A stretch of DNA of 64,000 bases, taken from an uncultured Alphaproteobacteria bacterium (lineage in GTDB: Bacteria; Pseudomonadota; Alphaproteobacteria; HIMB59; GCA-002718135). A program made the position numbers and the translations under genes. The notes below the pieces were generated by a model, which did not search any database, had not been told where the DNA came from, and saw nothing but the letters and a program-made list of their open reading frames with translations. Positions 49,115-59,209 of this stretch are shown here, piece after piece. How positions within the stretch are numbered: position 1 is the first letter of the stretch; each line of letters opens with the position of its first letter. The DNA lies in assembly GCA_902602845.1 (NCBI GenBank), contig CACKSN010000004.1, forward strand, positions 4,363 to 68,362, given 5' to 3'.

Positions 49115-49409
49115 AAAATACTCCTTGTATTTTGTTACCCCGGAGGAACCTACCCCCAATATCACTCAAAAGTGATAATCATTAAAGGCTAAACATTTAT
49201 TCCCAAAACTTACGCTTAAAGTCAACAATATACCCATCAATTTGAAAACACTCAAAAAAAATTTTATTAAAAAAAATTTTTTGAATTAAAACTATTTTAA
49301 TTTGAAATTCTCTTTTTTTTGGCAGATTTCTAATAATAAATTAAGATTTTCCTATACAAAAAATTATGTTCGTACTATTTGTATTAATATAAATAGAGAC
49401 TTTATTTAC

Positions 49410-52046
49410 ATGAAAAATATAAATTCTTTTAATTCTGAACAAAATTTAACGATTGATAATCAAAGTTATAAGTATTTTGATTTGAAACTGGTTGCTAGTC
49501 AATTTAATGTTGAGCTTTCAGAAATACCAATTTCAATCAAGATTATTATAGAGAATCTCCTTCGAAATGAAGATGGAGATAACATAAATAAAGAACTTAT
49601 TTCTTCTGTATTTAAATCTTTAAAAGATAAAAAAAATAATAAATCTATAGAAATTGCTTTTTTCCCAACTAGAGTTTTAATGCAAGATTTTACAGGTGTA
49701 CCAGCTGTGGCAGATTTAGCAGCTATGCGAAATGCTCTAAAAAAAAGAGGTTTTGAGCCAAAAATAATTAACCCTCTTTCAAGAGTAGATTTGGTGATTG
49801 ATCACTCAGTAATGGTTGATAGCTACAAAGACAAAAATTCATTAATCCATAATGTAGCAAAAGAGTTTGAAAGAAATAAAGAGAGATATGAGTTTTTAAA
49901 ATGGGGTCAAAATTCATTTGATAATTTCTATCTTGTTCCACCAGGTGCTGGAATATGTCATCAAGTTAATTTAGAAAATATTGCTAAAACTATATGGATA
50001 AAGGAACACAATAATCAAAAATTTATTTTTCCTGACTCAGTAGTTGGAACTGATAGCCACACAACAATGGTTAATGCATTGTCTGTACTTGGGTGGGGTG
50101 TTGGGGGAATAGAGGCTGAAGCAGCTATGTTAGGCCAACCAATTTCTATGAATATCCCTGAAGTAGTTGGTTTTCAGTTGGACGGCATATTAAAAGAGGG
50201 AATTACTGCTACAGATTTAGTATTGACTATAACTAAAATTTTAAGAGATAACGGTGTAGTTGGAAAATTTGTAGAATTTTTTGGCACTGGTTTATCAAAT
50301 TTATCTCTTGCTGATAGAGCTACCATTGCAAATATGGCACCAGAATATGGAGCTACATGTGGCTTTTTTCCAACTGACCAGGAAACAATTAATTACCTCA
50401 GATTAACTGGTAAAGATGAGCACCATTTAAATATAATAACAGAGTATACTAAGAAACAATCTATGTGGATTGATCAAAACTACAATCCGCATTTTGATCA
50501 AAAAATCTATTTAAGTCTAGATACAATAGAACCTTCAATTGCTGGACCTAAAAGACCCCAAGATAAAATTTTATTACAGAATGTGCCATCAGAATTTAGA
50601 AAAATTGATGATTTACTCACTGTAGATAAAAAACTTAATACTGGTGATATTGTAATTGCAGCTATTACAAGTTGTACCAATACATCAAATCCTAGTGTAA
50701 TGATAGCAGCCGGATTAGTAGCTAAAAAAGCAATAGAGAATAACTTAGAAGTAAAAAAATGGGTTAAAACAAGCTTAGCACCAGGTAGTAAAGTTGTAAG
50801 CGATTATTTAAATCAAGCCGATTTGACAAAATATCTAAATCTATTAGGCTTTAACACAGTTGGTTATGGTTGTACAACTTGTATAGGAAATTCAGGACCA
50901 TTAGATGAATGGATCTCAAATGAAATAAAAGCAAATAATTTAACAGTTTGCTCTGTGTTATCTGGAAATAGAAATTTTGAAGGAAGGGTCCACCAAGATG
51001 TTAAAGCTAATTTTCTTGCCTCTCCACCATTAGTTGTAGCATATGCATTAGCAGGCAACATCAATATAAATTTAACTTCACAACCTCTAGGAAAAAACCA
51101 ACAAGGAAAAGATATTTTCCTAAAAGATATTTGGCCAACAAACAAAGAAATAAATCAAATATTAAACACATCTTTAACACCTAAAATGTTTAAAAAAAGA
51201 TATGAAGAAATTTATGAAGGAGATGAAAATTGGAAATCTATTTCAAGCAATAATGATATGACATATGGCTGGAATGACACTAGTACATATATAAAACATC
51301 CACCATTTTTTAATGATGAAAATAATATTGATCTTTATGATATAAATAATGCAAGAATCTTAGCTCTTTTAGGTGATAGTGTAACCACGGATCATATTTC
51401 ACCAGCAGGAAATATAAAAGATGATAGTCCTGCAGGAACTTATTTGAATGAAAGACAGGTAAGTTCAAACAATTTTAATTCCTATGGTTCAAGAAGAGGT
51501 AATCATGAAATAATGATGAGAGGAACATTTGCAAATGTAAGAATAAGAAATGAAATACTTCCTGGAACTGAAGGAGGCTTTACCAAATCATTTGTATCAA
51601 ATAAAAAAATGTCTATCTATGATGCCTCTCAAGAATATATTAAAAATAATGTAGATACAGTCATTATTGCTGGCAAAGAATATGGAACTGGCTCTTCAAG
51701 AGATTGGGCAGCTAAAGGTACAAAATTACTTGGTGTAAAAGCAGTAATTGCTGAAAGTTTTGAGAGAATACATAGGTCAAATCTAATCGGTATGGGCGTC
51801 TTGCCTCTAGAATTTTTAGATGATCTTAATAGGGAAAAACTAAATATTAAAGGTGATGAATTAATATCAATCAAGGGGATTGTTGATTTAAAACCTAATA
51901 AAGTTTTAGAGTGTCAGTTATTAGGTCTAAATGTTAATCTAATCAATTTGTTATGTAGAATAGATACAAACAAAGAACTCGAATATTATAAAGCAGGAGG
52001 AATACTTAATTTTGTTTTAAATGAAATTATTTCTAATGCTGCATAA
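49410..52046 (+). CDS. acnA: Aconitate hydratase A
   Basis: RVLMQDFTGVPA, VIDHSV, GTDSHT, AAITSCTNTSNP, GCTTCIGNSG, GSSRDWAAKG; start placed at the ATG at 49410. Confidence 0.97.
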   Translation: MKNINSFNSEQNLTIDNQSYKYFDLKLVASQFNVELSEIPISIKIIIENLLRNEDGDNINKELISSVFKSLKDKKNNKSIEIAFFPTRVLMQDFTGVPAVADLAAMRNALKKRGFEPKIINPLSRVDLVIDHSVMVDSYKDKNSLIHNVAKEFERNKERYEFLKWGQNSFDNFYLVPPGAGICHQVNLENIAKTIWIKEHNNQKFIFPDSVVGTDSHTTMVNALSVLGWGVGGIEAEAAMLGQPISMNIPEVVGFQLDGILKEGITATDLVLTITKILRDNGVVGKFVEFFGTGLSNLSLADRATIANMAPEYGATCGFFPTDQETINYLRLTGKDEHHLNIITEYTKKQSMWIDQNYNPHFDQKIYLSLDTIEPSIAGPKRPQDKILLQNVPSEFRKIDDLLTVDKKLNTGDIVIAAITSCTNTSNPSVMIAAGLVAKKAIENNLEVKKWVKTSLAPGSKVVSDYLNQADLTKYLNLLGFNTVGYGCTTCIGNSGPLDEWISNEIKANNLTVCSVLSGNRNFEGRVHQDVKANFLASPPLVVAYALAGNININLTSQPLGKNQQGKDIFLKDIWPTNKEINQILNTSLTPKMFKKRYEEIYEGDENWKSISSNNDMTYGWNDTSTYIKHPPFFNDENNIDLYDINNARILALLGDSVTTDHISPAGNIKDDSPAGTYLNERQVSSNNFNSYGSRRGNHEIMMRGTFANVRIRNEILPGTEGGFTKSFVSNKKMSIYDASQEYIKNNVDTVIIAGKEYGTGSSRDWAAKGTKLLGVKAVIAESFERIHRSNLIGMGVLPLEFLDDLNREKLNIKGDELISIKGIVDLKPNKVLECQLLGLNVNLINLLCRIDTNKELEYYKAGGILNFVLNEIISNAA

Positions 52047-52051
52047 AATAA

Positions 52052-54601
52052 ATGACTAAATTCATAGATAATTTGTCAGCTATTCTTGGCCCCACCAATA
52101 CAGGTAAAACTTTTCTAGCTTTTGAAAAACTATTTTCCTATTCATCTGGAATGTTTGGCTTTCCGTTAAGACTTCTTGCAAGAGAAAATTATGACAAAGC
52201 TGTTAAAAAGGTTGGAATAAATCATGTGGCGTTAATTACAGGAGAAGAAAAAATAATCCCAAATGAAGCAAAATATTTTTTTTGTACTGTAGAGTCAATG
52301 CCTACTGAAAAAAGTGTAGATTGTGTTGTAATTGATGAAGTTCAACTTTCTGCTGATTATGAAAGAGGTCATGTTTTTACTGATAGAATTTTAAATCTAA
52401 GAGGCATACATCATACTATATTTTTAGGTTCTTTAAGTATAGAAACTATATTAATAAAATTATTTCCACATATTAAGATAGAACATCTCAAGCGATTTTC
52501 TAACCTACACTTTCAACCAAAACAAAATTTGTCAAAACTTAAACCAAGGTCTGCTGTCATAGCATTTAACATAAATAAAGTTTATGAAATTGCTGAAAAT
52601 TTAAGAACTCATAAAGGAGGAGCTGCAGTCGTGTTAGGTTCATTAAGTCCAAGAACTAGAAATGCTCAAGTTGAGATATATGAAAATAAAAAAGTTGATT
52701 TTCTAGTTGCAACAGATGCTATAGGCATGGGTCTTAACTTAAATATTGATCATGTTTATTTTACATCACTTGAAAAATTTGATGGGAGATATAATCGAAA
52801 TTTAAGTCAAAGTGAAATTGGTCAAATTGCTGGAAGAGCAGGTAGGTATAAAAATAATGGATCATTCAGTTATTCTAAAGAAGCAGGTGTCTTAGATCCA
52901 TTAATAATACAAAATATTGAAAAACATAATTTTGATCAGATACAAAAAATATATTGGAGAAATTCAAATTTAAATTTTCAATCTATAGATTCTTTATTAA
53001 GTTCATTACAACAAATTCCAATAAAAAATTTTTTTATACAAAAAAAAAATGCAGTAGATGAAATAAACTTTAGAAATCTAATTAATGATAATGAAATTAA
53101 AAATTTAATTTTTAATAGTACCCATGTAGAACTTTTGTGGAATGTTTGTAGAATACCAGATTTTGAGAAAATATTTAATGATAATTATTTAAATTTTTTA
53201 AAAAATATATTTTTAATATTAATTAAAAATAATTTAAAAATTCCTGAAGATTGGATTAGCAAAAAAGTTTTAAAATTAGAAAATTTTGCTGGTGATATAC
53301 CAGAGTTATCACTAAAAATATCTCAAATTAGAACATGGACATACATATCAAATCATCATATCTGGTTAGATAACCCAACTTATTGGAAAGAAAAGACTTT
53401 AAAAATTGAAAATGAGTTATCGGATAATCTTCACAATGGATTAACAAATAAATTTATAGACTCTGCATCAAAATATTTTATAAACTCAAATACTCAGGAA
53501 AATATTAATAAAGTGGAAATTAATAAAAAAAATGAGGTTATTTTAGACGATAAAATTTATGGAATTATAAAAGGATTTGAATTAGTATTAAATAATAAAG
53601 TTATTTCTCATTCACTTTTTTCGATAACTCATGTTAAAAAATCAATTAGAAATATGATAGAAGATAAAATTAAACAATTTCTTAACGCGCCAGATGATTC
53701 AATTAATTTAGGTGATATTTCAAACATAGAAATAGGCTCAACCGTTTGGATATATTGGGGAGAAGAAAAAGTAGGTCAGCTTGGAAAGGGGTCTAAAATT
53801 TATCTTCCAGTTGCAGAGGGTATAAGCTCAGAGTTTTTAACATCTGAAAACAAACTTTTGATATCCTCAAAATTACAAAACTGGATTGATAATAAAATAT
53901 CAATTACTCTAAGTCCGATCAAAGATAAGTTAGACGATAGTTTAGATTCAAATGTAAGAGCTGTTGCTTATAATTGTTTTGAACATTTAGGTGTCTTAAA
54001 GAACGATACTTACAAAGAATTTATTAATAAAATCAATTTAGAAAATAAACAAAAATTGTCAAATCTAGGCATAAGAATAGGAGCAAAATATTTTTTTATG
54101 CCAAATATGATGAAGAAAAAATCATTGGAACTAAATTCAATTTTGTGGATAATTTTTAATCAATTTAAATCAAAGAAAAAAATTCCACTTCCTAAAGATG
54201 GAAGAGTATCATTCATATCAGAAGCAAAAATGCCTGAAAGTTATTGGCAAGCCATCGGATACATATGTATAAAAAATTTCGCTTTTAGAGTTGATGTATT
54301 CGAAAAAATTTTTTATCTAGCAAGAAAAAAAATTAAATATGGGCCCTTCCTTGAGTCCTCTGATCTCATGAATCCAATTGGATGTAATGGAGAACAATTA
54401 AGTGATATTTTAAACTTTTGTGGTTACCAAGATATTAATTTATACCAAAATAAACGATTGTATTTTTTCAAAACAAAAAATAAAGAAATCAAAAAAAATA
54501 AGAAAAATATAAACACAAAATTGAAAAATATGAAAAAAACTAAAATTCAAAGAAAAACTGATCCAAATTCTCCTTTTGCAGTTTTAGAAAAACTTCTTTA
54601 A
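52052..54601 (+). CDS. SUV3-like (MgpS) SF2 helicase
   Basis: LGPTNTGKT, PLRLLARE, DEVQ, VATDAIGMGLN, QIAGRAGR, C-terminal DPNSPFAVL. Confidence 0.9.
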   Translation: MTKFIDNLSAILGPTNTGKTFLAFEKLFSYSSGMFGFPLRLLARENYDKAVKKVGINHVALITGEEKIIPNEAKYFFCTVESMPTEKSVDCVVIDEVQLSADYERGHVFTDRILNLRGIHHTIFLGSLSIETILIKLFPHIKIEHLKRFSNLHFQPKQNLSKLKPRSAVIAFNINKVYEIAENLRTHKGGAAVVLGSLSPRTRNAQVEIYENKKVDFLVATDAIGMGLNLNIDHVYFTSLEKFDGRYNRNLSQSEIGQIAGRAGRYKNNGSFSYSKEAGVLDPLIIQNIEKHNFDQIQKIYWRNSNLNFQSIDSLLSSLQQIPIKNFFIQKKNAVDEINFRNLINDNEIKNLIFNSTHVELLWNVCRIPDFEKIFNDNYLNFLKNIFLILIKNNLKIPEDWISKKVLKLENFAGDIPELSLKISQIRTWTYISNHHIWLDNPTYWKEKTLKIENELSDNLHNGLTNKFIDSASKYFINSNTQENINKVEINKKNEVILDDKIYGIIKGFELVLNNKVISHSLFSITHVKKSIRNMIEDKIKQFLNAPDDSINLGDISNIEIGSTVWIYWGEEKVGQLGKGSKIYLPVAEGISSEFLTSENKLLISSKLQNWIDNKISITLSPIKDKLDDSLDSNVRAVAYNCFEHLGVLKNDTYKEFINKINLENKQKLSNLGIRIGAKYFFMPNMMKKKSLELNSILWIIFNQFKSKKKIPLPKDGRVSFISEAKMPESYWQAIGYICIKNFAFRVDVFEKIFYLARKKIKYGPFLESSDLMNPIGCNGEQLSDILNFCGYQDINLYQNKRLYFFKTKNKEIKKNKKNINTKLKNMKKTKIQRKTDPNSPFAVLEKLL

Positions 54602-54621
54602 AGAATAATTAGGATATAAAA

Positions 54622-55074
54622 TTGATCAAAATACTTAAAAATTTTTTTGAAAATAAAGATTCTTCTCAAAATGATACAAATCAAAATCTGGAATTACTTT
54701 GTGGGTTGATGATTGAAGCCGCTAATTCTGATGGCAACATTGATACACTAGAAGTAAACAAAATTAAGGGGATATTAGTAGATATATTTGAAGAAAATCT
54801 CAATGAAGTAAATATTTATTTAGAAAAAGCTATCCAAAACTCTAATAATTCAAATTCTTTATTTTATTACACCTCGCAAATTAATAAAAATTACTCTGAC
54901 AAAAAAAAATTACTACTTATAGAAACATTATGGGAAATTGTTTTATCTGATGGAAAAGTTCATGACTATGAATCAAGTTTAATAAGAAGATTGTCAGGGT
55001 TATTATATATTTCAGATGTTAATTCTGGAAATGCTAAAAAAAAAGCACTAGATAAAATTAATAAAAAATCATGA
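54622..55074 (+). CDS. TerB-family tellurite-resistance-like protein
   Basis: [10 protein letters not shown]...[23 protein letters not shown]. Confidence 0.82.
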   Translation: MIKILKNFFENKDSSQNDTNQNLELLCGLMIEAANSDGNIDTLEVNKIKGILVDIFEENLNEVNIYLEKAIQNSNNSNSLFYYTSQINKNYSDKKKLLLIETLWEIVLSDGKVHDYESSLIRRLSGLLYISDVNSGNAKKKALDKINKKS

Positions 55075-55403
55075 CTTATGTTGTAGATGAGAAATGTATA
55101 AAGTGTAAACACATGGATTGTGTAGAAGTTTGTCCCGTTGATTGTTTCTATGAAGGTGAAAATATGTTAGTTATCCATCCTGACGAATGCATCGATTGCG
55201 GTGTTTGTGAGCCTGAATGTCCTGTTGAAGCAATTTTATCTGACACCGAAGATGGTATTGAAAAATGGGCTGAAGTAAATCGTAAATATTCTGAGATATG
55301 GCCAAACATCAGTGAAAAAAAAGAAGCCCCAAAAGATGCTGAAAAGTGGCAGGGTGTAGAAGATAAATATAACAAATACTTTAGTAAAAACCCAGGAAGA
55401 TAA
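55071..55403 (+). CDS. fdxA: 7Fe ferredoxin FdxA
   Basis: [34 protein letters not shown]. Confidence 0.95.
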   Translation: MTYVVDEKCIKCKHMDCVEVCPVDCFYEGENMLVIHPDECIDCGVCEPECPVEAILSDTEDGIEKWAEVNRKYSEIWPNISEKKEAPKDAEKWQGVEDKYNKYFSKNPGR

Positions 55404-55904
55404 ATGAGCAAAAAAAACACAGAATTTAAGATCGGAGAAATTGTTGTTTACCCCAAACATGGAGTTGGAGAAATCATACAGATTCAAAACATGGAAATTG
55501 AAAATATTAAAACCAAATTTTATGTCGTAAAGATGGAACAATCTAAATTAACAATTAGAGTTCCAGTCGATAAAAAAATAGAGGTTGGGTTGAGAAAAAT
55601 TTCATCAAAAAAGATTATTGACGAGGTATTTACAACACTAAAATTAAAACCAAAAATTAGAAGAATTATGTGGAGTAGGAGAGCTCAAGAATATGAAGCA
55701 AAAATCTTTTCAGGTGAACCTGTAAAAATTGCTGAAGTAGTTAGGGATTTATTTAGAAAAAACAGTCAATCTGAGCAATCTTATAGTGAAAGACAAATGT
55801 TCCAAGTAGCTATCGAAAGATTAGCAAGAGAGGTTGCTGCAGTAGAAAAAACAGACTATTTTCAATCGACAGAAAAAATTGAACAAATTTTAACCAAAAA
55901 ATAA
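55404..55904 (+). CDS. carD: CarD/CdnL transcriptional regulator
   Basis: FKIGEIVVYPKHGVG, MWSRRAQEYEAKI, EQSYSERQ. Confidence 0.95.
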   Translation: MSKKNTEFKIGEIVVYPKHGVGEIIQIQNMEIENIKTKFYVVKMEQSKLTIRVPVDKKIEVGLRKISSKKIIDEVFTTLKLKPKIRRIMWSRRAQEYEAKIFSGEPVKIAEVVRDLFRKNSQSEQSYSERQMFQVAIERLAREVAAVEKTDYFQSTEKIEQILTKK

Positions 55905-55908
55905 ACAC

Positions 55909-56721
55909 TTGGAAAAACAAAGTAATTTCGTAGAACTACATAATCCATCTAGAATATGGGCAATTGGATCAATTCATTCTAATTTACATTCTTTCACTTC
56001 AATAAAAAAATTTATAAGTGATAATTTTAAAAAAAATGATAAACTTATTTTTTTAGGTAATGTTATTGGTCTAGGAGAATTTTCTAAAGAAACAATATCA
56101 AGTATAATCCACCTTAGATTTGAATTAATGTCAAAGTTTTATTTAAAACCTGAATCAATTATTTTTTTAAGAGGTGCACAAGAAGAGATGTTCAGTAAAA
56201 TCCTTCAACTACATATTGCACCTAATCCAATTGAAATAATAAATTGGATATTTGATCATGGTGTTGACAAAACTTTAAATTCTTACGGTTATACTAGAGA
56301 GGATGTAAAAAATATTGCTACTACAGGGACTGTTTCTATTTCTAGGTGGACTGCTAAATTAAATAAATCTATTCTTGATAATCCTGGTCACAAAGAATAT
56401 TTTTCAAATCTAAAACATGCCGCATTTTCAGATTCAAAAAAAATACTTTTTGTAAATAGAGGAGTTGATGTTTCCAGACCCCTCTCTGCTCAAAACGACT
56501 GTTTTTGGTGGGGTTATCAAAATTTTTCAAATTTCAATAAACCTTATAATACATTTGTTAGAATTGTTCGTGGTTACCAATCCAATCAAAAAAATAAATT
56601 AGAAAATGCAAAAAATGAAGTTGTTTGCACATTATTCAAACAACCTTTAACTAATAATATGATTTATGGAGGGATTTTTTCAGAAAATGGGGAAATTTTA
56701 GAATTATTTGAATCAAATTGA
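55909..56721 (+). CDS. Degenerate calcineurin-like metallophosphoesterase (probable pseudo-enzyme)
   Basis: Motif scaffold kept but ligands changed: AIGSIHS, FLGNVIGLG, FLRGAQEEM, LFVNRGV. Confidence 0.7.
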   Translation: MEKQSNFVELHNPSRIWAIGSIHSNLHSFTSIKKFISDNFKKNDKLIFLGNVIGLGEFSKETISSIIHLRFELMSKFYLKPESIIFLRGAQEEMFSKILQLHIAPNPIEIINWIFDHGVDKTLNSYGYTREDVKNIATTGTVSISRWTAKLNKSILDNPGHKEYFSNLKHAAFSDSKKILFVNRGVDVSRPLSAQNDCFWWGYQNFSNFNKPYNTFVRIVRGYQSNQKNKLENAKNEVVCTLFKQPLTNNMIYGGIFSENGEILELFESN

Positions 56722-56748
56722 TCCAAAATCATATTTTAAACGTATAAT
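56719..56748 (+). promoter_or_regulatory. Putative RpoE (ECF11)-dependent promoter of rpoH
   Basis: TGATCC-16 bp-CGTA, 12 bp before the rpoH ATG; overlaps a TATAAT. Confidence 0.7.
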
Positions 56749-56756
56749 ATTACAAA

Positions 56757-57620
56757 ATGTTTAAAAACACTAATTTTACAAGTAATTTAATTGAATTTTC
56801 AAAAAAAGCATCAATTTTACAGAAAGATGATGAATTTTACCTAATTAATGATTGGAGGGATAATAAAAACCCAAAATCACTGCAAAAAATACTAGATGCT
56901 TATTTAAGACTCGCTGTTTCTTATGCAAGAAAATACTCCAGTTATGGTCTACCAATTGATGATCTTATTCATGAGGGAGTTCTTGGTATAATGCATGCAC
57001 TAGAAAAATTTGATACCTCCAAAGATTTTAGATTATCAACATATGCTTCCTGGTGGATAAGAGCATCCATCCAAGACTATATTCTAAAAAATTGGTCTGT
57101 TGTGAGAACAGGATCTACCGCTTCTCAAAAAGCCCTTTTTTTTAATTTAAAAAAAATTAAAAATCAGATCAATGAAGTTTCGAGAGAATTTATGGGCCAA
57201 AATGAGATTGACCAAGTCTCAAACATGCTAAATGTAAAATCTATAGAAGTGCAAAATATGGAATCGCGATTAACAGGAGGAGACCTTCATCTGAATCAAA
57301 AAGTAGATAATGATTCAGAAAATGATCTCATGTCTTTGTTAGCTGATGAAAGACAAAATCCAGAAGAAGTTTTTGAAGATTTTAATGATCAAAAAGTTAA
57401 AAAAAATTTTATTAATGAAGCACTGAATACTCTAAATGATAGAGAAAAAACCATAATCAGACTCAGAAAATTTAAAGAAAAAAGTATTACTCTTGATGAA
57501 TTAGGTCAAATGTTAAAAATAAGCAAGGAAAGAGTCAGGCAAATAGAAACCAAGGCCCTCGAAAAACTTAGAAAATCCATACTTGAAATTTCTCAACAAG
57601 ATAAAGAATTTTTTATTTGA
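56757..57620 (+). CDS. rpoH: RNA polymerase sigma-32 factor (RpoH2/RpoHII-like)
   Basis: FRLSTYASWWIRASIQDYILKNWSVVR, RpoH box QKALFFNLKK, ISKERVRQIE; fdxA-carD-rpoH neighbourhood typical of rpoH2. Confidence 0.9.
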   Translation: MFKNTNFTSNLIEFSKKASILQKDDEFYLINDWRDNKNPKSLQKILDAYLRLAVSYARKYSSYGLPIDDLIHEGVLGIMHALEKFDTSKDFRLSTYASWWIRASIQDYILKNWSVVRTGSTASQKALFFNLKKIKNQINEVSREFMGQNEIDQVSNMLNVKSIEVQNMESRLTGGDLHLNQKVDNDSENDLMSLLADERQNPEEVFEDFNDQKVKKNFINEALNTLNDREKTIIRLRKFKEKSITLDELGQMLKISKERVRQIETKALEKLRKSILEISQQDKEFFI

Positions 57621-57651
57621 TACTTTTCCATATTAAAATATTATAAAAATT

Positions 57652-58182
57652 ATGACAAAAATCATAATTTCATTATTTTTAATTTTAACTTCAGGCAACC
57701 TTCTTGCACAAGGTTTAAATGTTTATGGAATTGGGATATACGATGTTAAATTTGACGGCACTGAAGATAATCAAACTTTAGATTTAAGGTACGAGAGGCG
57801 TTTTGATAATTCTGTACTAGACATAGGGCCTAAGGATGATAATTTTTTCTTCTTAAAACCTTTTTTAGGTTTTGAATATACTGGAGATTCTGCATATTAT
57901 ATTTTAACTGGTATTTATCTAGAAGATAATCTGGGACAATTAATTCAAGGAAAAAGAAACAAGATATTATTTACACCAAGTTTTGGATTAGGTTATTACG
58001 ACAATGGTTCAGGTAAAAATTTAGGAAATGATCTACAGTTCAGAACAACTATAGAATTTAGCTATGAGTTAAATAATGAAAATAGAATAGGACTTTCATT
58101 CGGTCACATTTCTAATGCAAATTTAGGTGACAAAAATCCAGGTGTAGAAATTTTAAGTTTAACTTATCAAGTACCATATTAG
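57652..58182 (+). CDS. Lipid A 3-O-deacylase (PagL-like) / acyloxyacyl hydrolase beta-barrel
   Basis: Signal peptide, TPSFGLGYY..G.GKNLG..LQFR, GHISNA, NPGVE. Confidence 0.8.
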   Translation: MTKIIISLFLILTSGNLLAQGLNVYGIGIYDVKFDGTEDNQTLDLRYERRFDNSVLDIGPKDDNFFFLKPFLGFEYTGDSAYYILTGIYLEDNLGQLIQGKRNKILFTPSFGLGYYDNGSGKNLGNDLQFRTTIEFSYELNNENRIGLSFGHISNANLGDKNPGVEILSLTYQVPY

Positions 58183-59165
58183 TTAAAAATTACTTTATTT
58201 TCTCTGACAAATTTAATAAAAATATCCTCAATTCTAGTTAACTTTTTGTTTCTCATATATTCGTGAATTTGTGATTTAATAACTTTACTATTTGGGATAC
58301 CAAAAAACATTTGCAGCATCGGACTAAGTAGTCTGAATATCGATTCGTTATCAATTTTATTTTTTATATAATTAAAGTAATCTAGTATTATATCTTCACT
58401 AACTTCAATTGTTTTGCTACTGTCAAAGAAAATATTATCAACTTCTCTTAATAAAAAAGGATTGTTTTGAATTAAACGTCCAAGCATGACCCCATCAAAA
58501 TGTTTAATTAATTCACTTGCTTTTTTCATACTGTCTATTCCACCATTCAAAACAAATGTAATATTTGGATACTTCAATTTAATTTTTTTTACAAAATTAT
58601 AATCTAAAGGAGGTATGGTTCTATTTTGACTTGGGCTTATTCCACCAGTTAATAATGCATTTCTTGCATGTATATATATAATTTTTACACCACTTTTCAG
58701 TATTTCATCAATAAACTCTTCAAAAAAATCATAGTCTAAATTTTTACCTAATCCTATTCTACATTTCAATGATATTTCAAGTTTTTCATGTTGTAGGGAT
58801 TCTAATAACTGTCTTACCAAGATTTTATCTCTCATTAAGCAGGCACCAAAACTACCTTTTTGAACTGCCTTACTTGGACAACCAACGTTAAGATTTATTT
58901 CATCATAATTATATTTATAAGCAATAACTGAACATCTTTTAAGATCTTCTACATCAGAGCCCCCAACTTGGAGTGCAACTGGATTATGTTGATCATTTTC
59001 TATTATCAAATCCTTGTTTTTAGAATAAAGCATTGATTTTGAAGCAATCATTTCAGTAAAAAGAAATGATTTCTTTGATAATATTCTGTACAACTTTCTA
59101 GCATAGGGTGTTGTGTAACCCATCATTGGAGCGACACAAAATATTCTATTTAATTTTTCTTGCAT
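58179..59165 (-). CDS. dusA: tRNA-dihydrouridine synthase (DusA type)
   Basis: VAPMMGYT, TEM, ALQVGGS, INLNVGCPS..VQKGSFGACLM, HARNALL, NRTIPPL. Confidence 0.9.
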   Translation of the reverse strand: MQEKLNRIFCVAPMMGYTTPYARKLYRILSKKSFLFTEMIASKSMLYSKNKDLIIENDQHNPVALQVGGSDVEDLKRCSVIAYKYNYDEINLNVGCPSKAVQKGSFGACLMRDKILVRQLLESLQHEKLEISLKCRIGLGKNLDYDFFEEFIDEILKSGVKIIYIHARNALLTGGISPSQNRTIPPLDYNFVKKIKLKYPNITFVLNGGIDSMKKASELIKHFDGVMLGRLIQNNPFLLREVDNIFFDSSKTIEVSEDIILDYFNYIKNKIDNESIFRLLSPMLQMFFGIPNSKVIKSQIHEYMRNKKLTRIEDIFIKFVRENKVIFN

Positions 59166-59209
59166 TTAAAATTTCAAAATTAATCTAAAGTAATATAAAA
59201 TATATCTTA

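Noticed and set aside
49302-49409. N-terminal extension of acnA in the ORF track
   Set aside because: AT-rich promoter-like DNA; aconitase similarity begins near the ATG at 49410.
52052-55074. Helicase plus TerB as an anti-phage defence system
   Set aside because: The SUV3-like helicase upstream of fdxA-carD is ordinary alphaproteobacterial core synteny; no island signatures.
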